DNA from: Macrostomum lignano
Lineage: Eukaryota
DNA: 64,000 nt
Direction of reading: 5' to 3'
NCBI GenBank assembly: GCA_002269645.1
Contig: NIVC01002246.1
Coordinates: 186,001-250,000, forward strand
Of this stretch, positions 11,743 to 20,689 are shown in pieces (within the stretch, counting starts at the first letter, position 1; the number at the start of each line of letters is the position of its first letter). Under the pieces are notes generated by a model. It was not told the origin of the DNA. It saw only the letters and a program-made list of their open reading frames with translations, and ran no database searches. Made by a program: the position numbers and the translations under genes.

Positions 11743-12029
11743 TCCATGTAGCTGTTGCGTAACTTTACTGCTTTACCACTGTACCGAATTTGTATGTACG
11801 TACAAGCTGCTATGAAATTGTCTATAATATCGATCTTTCTCCGAAACAGTATCTGCGATTAAAGCGATACAGAAGATCGTTGCGTGAATTGGCAGACACA
11901 AAATTATCTATAAATAGGAAGAAGAATATGCTTCTCTCGAATCCTCAAGTCGGTGGCTTTCTACCCATCCTTGCATCTGTTGCTGCACCGCTAATATCAA
12001 GCCTGTTTGGCGGACTACTTGGTCGCTAA
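11735..12029 (+). pseudogene. Polinton small basic core protein (PW / adenovirus pX-like), probable 4-bp duplication frameshift near 11790
   Basis: LSPKQYLRLKRYRRSLRELA...QVGGFLPILASVAAPLISSL matches the conserved Polinton small protein and the pX GG/FLP motif; ATG 11735 joins the frame if one TGTA copy is removed. Confidence 0.7.
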
Positions 12030-12030
12030 A

Positions 12031-12678
12031 ATGAATAAATACGTTGTTGTACCAGAAGAAGAATTTAATAGACTAAGTCAAGGCGCACCCCGAGAAATTG
12101 CATCCAAAACAGAATATGAAAAACTCATTGAATACAACACTCAACTCCAAAATAAACTAAGTCAGATCAAGCAAAAGAAGAGTAATCGTTTTCCTGAACG
12201 ACAACGTGTTTGGGACATGCTGACAGAAAGATACCCAAATTTGGAGTACAACAAGTCGTGGGAAATTGTATTTGATGGAAAAACCTGGCCAGGAAGCAAT
12301 ATTTTCGATCTACTGAAGGAGATTACATCGAATGAAAGGCGCGACCGCCCAAGCCCAAAATATAGTACCGCTTTTTGGGCCCTGGCCGAAGAGGCAGATA
12401 TTGCAAAAGCTCTACTAGGACGACGCCAACAAGAAGAAGTCAGTGTGAAAAAAGAAGTCGGCACGGATCCGGATCGAGACGATTTTTTAGTCGAGCAAGC
12501 AATTGGAACTAATGATTTCTACAACGACTTCCACAAAGACCAAGCCAGTGGCCTGAATGAAATTAAAAAATCTGGAGATCGTGGCAGCGATGCCTACAGG
12601 CATGCTTCATACCAACTTCGCGAACCAAAGAGGCGGCAGAAACCAGCAGTAAAATACGAGACGTTAAAAAAACTATAA
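12031..12678 (+). CDS. Conserved Polinton uncharacterised protein (PZ-like), 215 aa
   Basis: N-terminal KYVVVP and DGKTWPGSNIFDLL motifs and position between the GGFLP protein and integrase match Polinton gene order as I recall it. Confidence 0.6.
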   Translation: MNKYVVVPEEEFNRLSQGAPREIASKTEYEKLIEYNTQLQNKLSQIKQKKSNRFPERQRVWDMLTERYPNLEYNKSWEIVFDGKTWPGSNIFDLLKEITSNERRDRPSPKYSTAFWALAEEADIAKALLGRRQQEEVSVKKEVGTDPDRDDFLVEQAIGTNDFYNDFHKDQASGLNEIKKSGDRGSDAYRHASYQLREPKRRQKPAVKYETLKKL

Positions 12679-12815
12679 ATAGAAATCATTTTCATGATAT
12701 ATAATCTGTTTTTGGATCATGGGTGCTGCAGCTGTAACTTCAAAGCTTTGCTCAGACAAACCGTCTGTGGAGTTCAAGTGTAATTACTCATGCTGTGCAT
12801 CGACTCTAGTTGCGA

Positions 12816-13861
12816 ATGAGGGTGAAAACCGCTCTTCGGAGAGTGTACGAACGGGGGACGCCGCTTTTACAAATGCTGCCCGTGTATATCAGGAGGCCAA
12901 ACGGCTGGTCCCCTCCCTGACGAGACACCAAACCGACGAATGGCTGAAGACCCAATCGAGCTACACCCGGCACAAGAGGGTTAAAAGAAAATTCCGAACC
13001 GGAAAAGTAATGTCGGGAGGCTTCATGGAAACCGTGCAAGCGGATTTGATGGACATGTCGCGATACGAACAATGGAATGATGGTCATCGATATATTCTAG
13101 TTGCAATTGACGTGCTTAGCAAATTGGCTTTTTGCCAGCCAATAAAATTGAAAAGCGACACTCCAAAGGCTTTTGAAAGCATGATCAAAGACTTCCCCAT
13201 TAAGCCTTTATATCTACACGTTGATCGAGGTACAGAGTTTTATAACAATCGCATGCAGAACTTACTGAAAGCCCATAATATCAAAATGTACAGTACAAAC
13301 TCTGAAAGGCTGATTAGGACTCTCCGAAAACGTTTAGCTCGCTACTTTGAGCATAAAAACGCGTGGCGTTGGATCGACTATTTGCCAATATTGGTTAAAA
13401 GTTACAACAACACAGTACACTCTACTATTGATATGAAACCTTCGAGTGTCGGTCTGCACAATCAAAAAGAATTGTGGGAAAAACTCTACAAGGATCCTGA
13501 ATATGATGAACCAGTTTACCAAAAAGGGGACTTTGTCAGAATTTCAAAATCTCGTCGAGCCTTTGACAAGGAAGCATACGATATGTACAGCGAAGAAGTT
13601 TACGTTGTGTCTCAAGTATGCCCGGGACCGCCTCATTTTTATCGCATTTCCGACCTATCTGGAGAACAAATCGAGGGTCGATTCTACTATAATGAACTTT
13701 CAAAGACGGTTCGACCGGACCGCTTTGTTATAGACAAAATTCTGCGTCGCAATGTCGTCATCAATGGTGTTGCTCATCGTTTCGTTAGTTGGCGCGGCTA
13801 TCCCGAGTCGTTCAATGCATTTGTACCAGTTGAGGAAGTTATAAATATAAGACAAGGATGA
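12816..13861 (+). pseudogene. Retroviral-type (rve, DDE) c-integrase with C-terminal chromodomain; N-terminal frameshift and short deletion near the catalytic Glu
   Basis: QADLMDM, YILVAIDVLSK, VDRGTEFYN, ERLIRTLRKRL, WIDYLPILVKSYNNTVHSTI, FVSWRGYPESFN motifs. Confidence 0.92.
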
Positions 13862-13895
13862 ACACACATACACTCGAAACGTGTAGTATATTACA

Positions 13896-15050
13896 ATGCA
13901 TCTATTCCTACCTAGCAATGCGTGCGTTGAGCACTATCCTGAGAATAATTCGGCACATTATAGCATTAATTTGCCCGACACCCTCCACTTTCCGAATCAT
14001 GAAGTCTGCATCGAACGGATCTACTTTTGTAAAGAATTCAAAACCGTCCCCGATAATCGAATGGTTGATGTCCTGACCAACGCTCCCGAGGATGAAGTGA
14101 TTGACATTGAGGTGAGAGAAAAACCCGCCTCCACGTATAAACAGTTTGCGTCGGTTTCTCTCGCCGCGGGGCTATCAACAGCCAACGAAGTGGTTGATGC
14201 AATCATCGCCGCTCTAAAATATGAGCAAGACGATAATGCGATGATTTGCATTGAGCGTTCACAGGAAGGCCAAATTTCAATTGTGAACAAATCATGGTAT
14301 GGTGCGAACATTAGGCTGTCCAGTAATGTGCGTAGCATGTTTTAAAAAGTTGATGACGCTGGAAATAAATCAAATATCGAAGTAACGACTTTTTTATTAA
14401 ACCCAAGAAATTCGTTAGTATTCGCTATAGAATTGGAGTCCTCCTCCTCCATAGAGAGTCCGATGACTCTAACGTTTGAAAAGAGTGTCTGGCCTTCTAG
14501 AACGTCACTGCGGATTGCTAAAGGATTCTACCGCACGCCCGATGAGCTCTTAAATTATGTTAATGGAGCGCTTTGGGGCGTCGTTTCAAAGCTCCCAATA
14601 AGTCCAGCGACGAGAGTGGATGCATTCCGCTACAACCCTTTTCTGAACCGGTGTGAGTACAAACCAATTGAAAACATTTTATTCGACATTGGAGAGCTTG
14701 CTGCCATTCTCGGCTTTCGCGAAGATGTTTTCAATGAAACTCCAAAGACCGCTAAACGACCAATCGATTTAACAAATGGTGTACAAACTATGTACATCTA
14801 TTCAAATATTGTCGACTCTGCCATTGTTGGAGACGTCAAAGTCCCCCTGCTTGGGGCAATTCCTTTGAATGAAAAGGTATACGGCGAACGAGAGTACTAC
14901 GAGTTTGTCAATCCATCCTACTTACCGTTGGTGAAACACCCATTCAAAACCATTGAGGTGCAAATCTGTGACGATATGGGCAAGTTAATGGATCGGATTC
15001 TTCGAGGCAAAACTGTTTTATCGATCAACATTCGTGAAATTAAGCTATAA
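13896..15050 (+). pseudogene. Minor capsid protein (penton, single jelly-roll) split by one in-frame TAA at 14343-14345
   Basis: N-terminal LFLPSN..YPEN....Y...LP and C-terminal MYIYSNIV...IVGD...PLL...F..P.Y.P.....TIEVQI.D motifs; ORFs 13896-14345 and 14433-15050 share a frame with open codons between them. Confidence 0.88.
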
Positions 15051-15094
15051 ATAAAGAAGTTTTCACGAATAAAAGGTAGCAACTGATCGACAAT

Positions 15095-15436
15095 ATGCCT
15101 TCAATCTTGATCGGAGGAGCTTTACCGGTATTTTCCGGTGCACAGCGCGGCAACGGCCTGTTTGGCAGCATTGCCCGATTTGCCCTGCCAATTTTAAAGA
15201 GTTTTGGCAAAAATATTCTTCGCCACGGAACACGAACCCTAGCTACAACAGTTAGCGACACACTCGATCAAGGCGGGAACTTGAAAGAAGCGGCATTGCG
15301 TAACTCTGTCCAGGCAGCTAAAGATGCTTTCAAGGACACAGTCGCACAACGAGGTAGCGGCAGACAAAGACGAAGAAAGATGACTAACAAAAAACGAGAA
15401 AAAGACTGCAGCATTCTGATATTTTCGACTCTATAA
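15095..15436 (+). CDS. Basic virion core-like protein with QRGNG/QRGSG putative protease sites, 113 aa
   Basis: QRGNGLFGSIARFALPILK...QRGSGRQRRRK resembles the conserved Polinton core protein upstream of MCP. Confidence 0.75.
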   Translation: MPSILIGGALPVFSGAQRGNGLFGSIARFALPILKSFGKNILRHGTRTLATTVSDTLDQGGNLKEAALRNSVQAAKDAFKDTVAQRGSGRQRRRKMTNKKREKDCSILIFSTL

Positions 15437-15505
15437 ATAAAAAAACCCGTGCCAATAACTGATCTGTCTATTAGAGCACCACACTAAGCCGCTGTTGAAA
15501 GAAAA

Positions 15506-16783
15506 ATGACTGAGTGCCTGTGTACAAAGTCGGAATTCGAGCTATTTGCTCCTCGCGCACACCAAATTGCTGCAATTAGCGCCACCACTGAAGAAGTTCA
15601 CCCTGTTGCCAGTGTTGAAAATGCCAGCGTGGTCGAATTTAGGATTGTTGGTGGTGAGACGTTTATCGATCTTAACGACATTGACCTCGAGATTAAGGCC
15701 CGCGTTAGGCAATCTAATGGCACAAATCTTGCTGCTGATTCGAATGTTGCGCCGGTCAATTACGTCCTTGAAAGCATGTTTAAAAACGTCACGTTGACAA
15801 TCAACGGGACACACGTAGAGTCGAGCAATAACAACCACGCTTACAAGGCCTATATTCGCACGTGTTCGAATTACGGACACGATTCAAAAACGAACCAACT
15901 GAGAATGATGGGCTACGCAAAGGACGCTGGAGGTCAAATGGCTGTGGTTGGAAATCCTGGCTTTGTAGCCCGCAAGGCGATGGCGGCAAACTCACGCACC
16001 TTTCACCTTTATGGACCTCTTAGTTTAGACTTTTTTGTTACCAACGACCGAATGCTACTGCCATACACTGATATGGTAATTACGCTGACCATGCACAATT
16101 CCGGCTTCGTTCTGGAAAGCCACGCGGACGGGGTTGATGCGCGGCTGGTACTCGAGAGTGCCAAACTACATGTGCGCCGCGTCAAGGCAAACCCTCAACT
16201 GGCTTTGGAGATTGAAGAACAACTAGGCAAACAGAATGCAATCTATCCGATTGAGCGACTTGTTGTGTACAATACTTCAGTGGCTGGCGGTGTTCGGGAC
16301 ATGTCAATCAATAATATATTTCCTGAACAAAAGCCTAAACTAGTGGTTGTTGACATGGTGAACAGCGGCGCATACAACGGTGTGGCTACACATAACCCGT
16401 TTAATTTTGAACCGTTTGGGGCAGACAGTGTCGCTCTGTATAAGGACGGAGTCAGTCTGTGTGGACAACCGTTTACTCCTCGATTCGGTGTTCATAACTA
16501 TGCTCGCGAGTATGCCATGCTACTAAAAAGCCTAGGAAAGATGAATCGGGACCTGGATATTGACGTATCATATTCCGACTATGGAGCTGGCTACTGCTTC
16601 TTCGCCTGGAATCTCATGCCCGACATGGAGCTGGGCGGGCATAGCATGCCTCGCGAGCGAGGGAATCTGACGCTACAAATAAAGTTTTCTGCTGCCTTGG
16701 CCGCAGGAATCAACGTGTTGGTGTTTGGCTACTTTGACAATACTGTGCAAATCACTCGCGGTCGTCAGGTTATTCTAGACTAC
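15506..16783 (+). CDS. Major capsid protein (double jelly-roll, Polinton PY); stop missing, reads through into the protease
   Basis: CTKSEFELF, VEFRI.G...IDL, NPFNF, GYCFFAWNL.PD, GNL.L..KF...L...INV.VFGYFDN.VQI..GRQVILDY motifs. Confidence 0.92.
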
Positions 16784-16840
16784 GTGCAGAAACAAACATC
16801 TCTTTTTTTATTCCCGAATAACGGCCATATTCATGCCAAT

Positions 16841-17289
16841 ATGAATAGTCTAGATATATTAGAACGTCTACTACTACCTGTCCCTGTTCGATTAACACCA
16901 GTTGACAGGATTCCGCAGCCTGTTTATCCTGCTGCATACGTGATTAACTTTGACACTGGCAATCTACCAGGCACTCACTGGGCTTTAATTTGTCTTCATG
17001 CCGATGAGAGCGTGACATTTTTTGACCCCTTGTGTATCGATCCTGTGCCAGATTTATTAAAGTTGTGGATCGCAAAGTATGTCTCCGCGGAGGTGGCCAT
17101 GAACCGGCATCCTGTACAGCATCAGCTAAGTGTGACCTGCGGGCTCATGTAATATTTGTGGCTGAAAAACACTTTCTGGAGGGTCTGTCAATTGAAAAAA
17201 TATTGCGCGACTGTTATAGCACAAATCTTTATGAGAACGACTTGATGGTGCAGAATCACTGTCTACAAATAAAGCAGCATCATCCATAA
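16841..17289 (+). pseudogene. Adenain-like cysteine protease, frameshifted at ~17141 just after the catalytic Cys
   Basis: GTHW (His), FFDP (Asp), PVQ (Gln), TCG (Cys); C-terminus HVIFVAEKHFLEGLSIEKIL...END continues in the other frame if one G is restored. Confidence 0.88.
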
Positions 17290-17297
17290 ATATATGC

Positions 17298-17771
17298 ATG
17301 ATTGGGCAGCCTATCAAAATGTATCAAACAATAGACCCCGACTCTTTAAAATTTGCCCCCAAAACGTCGGCAATTTTTGCTGGGGTGGCTCAAAGCGGCA
17401 AGACCACACTTGTGAAAAACCTATTGAGACAAGAGTTTTTTCAAGATCCGAAGCCGATTCGCGTAGACTGGTTTGGCCACTATCCAGATCCTGAACTGTT
17501 TGAATTGCCGTACCCTGTAAATTTTCGTTCGTGTACATTTGATCCTGAACAATATGTCCCTGAACCAAATATTCTGCTTGTCGTCGATGACCAAATGCAT
17601 GCCATGGAAAAGAGTGGCGCTTTTACAACTTTTTTCACGCGCAAAGTCTCCCACGTGGGGTTCCGACTTTGGTATCTTGTGCAAAACCTGTTTGCAAAGG
17701 GTTTGCAAAATGCTCCTGCTCGCTATTATTCAATCGTTTTGGGTCGTCACCCAATTGTGTATGCTAAATAA
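17298..17771 (+). pseudogene. A32/FtsK-like packaging ATPase, C-terminally truncated
   Basis: Walker A GVAQSGKT, Walker B LLVVDD, FTRK.SH and QNLF motifs; similarity ends soon after QNLF. Confidence 0.85.
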
Positions 17772-17787
17772 ATATATACGTATCAAA

Positions 17788-18682
17788 GCTCGGCCGGCTT
17801 TTTGTGTAAATATATATACACCTTTTGAAAACTTATTTGGCTCTGAGGGAGGGGTTGGGTATGGCGTAATTGCCCCGGAGTGGCTACGGAGGACAGAATT
17901 CTAGAGGGATGGAGAATGGTGTGAGTGGAAATAACAGGCTGCAGCAGAGGGGTGGATAGCAGCGATTTACAGCGGCTGACTCATCATGCCTCCGCGTGGG
18001 GCCGCCAATTAATTGTGAGGGGCGACAGAATATTTTCTTGGATGGGTGGGCGCTACAATTCTGCGCGTACATCACTTTTGGGTATGATCGAACAGCTATG
18101 GGGTGGGCGGGCGCTACAATTCTGCGCGTACATCACTTTTGGGTATGATCGAACAGCTATGGGGTGGGCGGGCGCTACAATTCTGCGCGTACATCAATTT
18201 TGGGTATGATCGAACAGCTTTGGGGTGGGCGGGCGCTACAATTCTGCGCGTACACCAATTTTGGGATGGACAGTAAATATGGACAAGTAATAATATGGAC
18301 AGTTATCGGGTGGGTCGGCGCACGTTAATTCTGCCAATTTTTGGTATATGGACAGTTAATATGGACAGTTAATTCTGCGTACACCAATGCTGCATTGTGT
18401 GGGGATGGGGGCGCGCGCGCTTCTGCGTACAACAACTGCTACGGTGAAGCGCTAATTATGCGTACTATATTGTACTCGTCGCTTCTGTACGACACAGTGT
18501 ACACTGATTACATGTATAATTAGATTTACACGAGAGTTACGTGCATAAATGTCTCACATAATGACTTACAGGGTCTGGACCAATTAGAAGAGGTCTAATG
18601 TATTTAGATAGGCGTTGAATTTCCATTGGCTCTGACACCCACCTCACCTCCAAAATCAACAACAATCTGCACGATACGTAGT
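17788..18682 (-). repeat. Right terminal inverted repeat of the Polinton (895 bp) with an internal 61-bp tandem array at 18043-18262
   Basis: Reverse complement of 7986-8668; ctacaatt recurs at 18053, 18114, 18175, 18236. Confidence 0.95.
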
Positions 18683-19036
18683 AAGGCACAACATATCAAA
18701 AGATGAACACTGGATCTGCCTCCTTATCAAAATCAATAACAATATTTGTGCTGAAAAAATTAAAACCTCCTATCTCTGTAGTGTATTTTTCGGCGAAAAG
18801 TTGCCTTCAAAACATTTACCATAGATTTCGAGTGTAGCGTCCAATTCTACTACTTAAGTTGTCCTTGGCTGATGGTCCGGCACAAAGTCAGGAAGCTTTA
18901 TTTTCTCTATACGGCTTTGTCTCAGCCCTACTGTAACTCTAGTCTAAGGCACTGGCTGCAGCAGCTGATGGTCCGGCAGTGGCTGCTCTGAGGCCGGGCG
19001 AACAGTGTCCACACCACCTTCTAGGTAACCTTCTAG

Positions 19037-19556
19037 GTGTCAGAAACTCGACAGGGCTTGGATAAGGCGCAGCCGCAACTTTTCTTGTGCGTCGAACAGT
19101 CTCTTCGACTGCAGCAACGACTTGTGTTTAAGTCGCCGAACTTTGCGCACTCCCTCCGACCTTTAGCAAGTCTTGCCCGTGCAGTTTGTTTTAATTGCTT
19201 TCATGAGGCAGTCAAGGTAGACCCACAATTAAATTTGGGTGTGCGGTCTTTATCAGTCGTGACAGCTACATGTAGGCCCCGGTGGTTAAGGACTCAATAT
19301 CGCAGTTTGTGCGCCCGATGGACAGTAGTAAGTTATTAACGCGGGACAGAGCGGTGTGTACTTCTCCTGACAGGCCGACCGGCAACGATCCCAGAACATG
19401 GACAGCACTGGCGATCTCATCCCCGGGAACCAGCGGTACGGCCAGAAACTTCAGCAGCCACTGTCTTACTCTCTGCTGGTCCGAAGCACTGCGGCTGAAG
19501 AACGGCTGAAGACCACATATGTCTTAAACTTGCCGACGACAGCCTGGCAGAAGTGA
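19037..19556 (+). CDS. Candidate last exons of gene A (19037-19216 and 19374-19556)
   Basis: ttctag|GTG, AAG|gtagac, gacag|GCC and TGA at 19554; all phase 0, compatible with the exon ending at 3178. Confidence 0.45.
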
Positions 19557-20689
19557 AACCAGCATACAGCCTCGGACTGCAGCAGCCACACCCACTCTTT
19601 CCCTCAGTTGTTGTGTGTTATGTCTTTGTTTTGTGATCCTGTGCTTTATATTTGATTGCTATGTCGCGTAATCTTTCACTTTTTATACTAGCGCCGCAAT
19701 ACAAGTAGCTTCGTGCGGACGAGTCGCTCAGAGAGAGGAGACACGCTGGGGGAAGGCAATAACAAGGGTTCTAAGGTTGTAGCCATAGACATAAATGAAT
19801 GGGGCAATAACAGGGAAACGCTAATACCGGTAGGCATAGTACGAGTAAGAGCTAAAACTATTAAGTACATTTACAATGCACTTCATTGTGCATCTTCAAT
19901 GTACATGTAGTTCGCATTACATTGGATTGACTGCTTTATACCTAGCCTTCGTAACATAATATAAGCTAGCCTCATTGGCTAAGATTGCGGTTCCACCCCC
20001 ACCCAACCACACCCAGCGAGAACTGCACTGACTTTATGGGAGAGAATACGCCTGTGTCTTATTATGCTAACTGCAGCATGTAGCTGCAGCATTCAGATTG
20101 ATGCGTCTAGAATGTGCGCGTGCCAGTTCGCGCTGGTGTCACTGAGAGCAGTTAAAAATGCGCGTTTAATCATGCGTCCCTATATATACATGTATAGCAC
20201 TGACGCTGATCCTGTTGAGTGTATGTATATAGGGATATTAAGATTAAGATTAAGATTAGGCGTTGCTAAATACATATATATAAACGCTTCTAAGCCGGCA
20301 GAATTTTTAAATGGTAAAGCAAAACTGAATATACAACTTTAGACTGTGCACTTTTTTCTGCAAAAATACTTGAGAAAATAGTATTTAACTTTAATTTGCC
20401 TGTAAGTTGCGTATAAATTTCAATTTTAGGCCTCAGCGGCAATATATTTAAAGTGAAAAACCCATGTGACAGGTTTAGAAGTTAGAGCTCTCAACCAGCT
20501 ATAGCTGCCGAGCTTGCGGTACAGCGGGCTGATCAGCAGGCACTGGCGCGCATCCCTGAAAACGCAACGCAACGTGATTTGGGCTCTGTGCTGTGCTGTA
20601 CAGTACAGTTGTAGATTAGCATCACTCACTCGAGGCGATAAGACTGCAGACCATAGAAAACCATGCCTGACGCTGACACCCGATAGTAT

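Larger units (their letters stand above)
7986..18682 (+). mobile_element. Polinton/Maverick (adintovirus-like) endogenous element, 10.7 kb, lacking pPolB, with several broken genes
   Basis: Long TIRs starting ACTACGTATCGTGCAG and ending CTGCACGATACGTAGT; 6-bp TSD AAGGCA at 7980-7985 and 18683-18688; integrase, penton, MCP, cysteine protease and ATPase motifs, all on the + strand. Confidence 0.95.

Noticed and set aside
12719-12815. N-terminus MGAAAVTSK... of the called integrase ORF
   Set aside because: No integrase similarity; ATG 12816 plus a frameshift fits the family N-terminus better
7986-18682. Classification as a virophage or Polinton-like virus (PLV) because PolB is absent
   Set aside because: The MCP, penton, core proteins, chromodomain integrase, 6-bp TSD and gene order are of the animal Polinton/Maverick type
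20490-20610. Possible first separase exon just before the CpG desert
   Set aside because: Short open stretch with weak splice signals and no homology support
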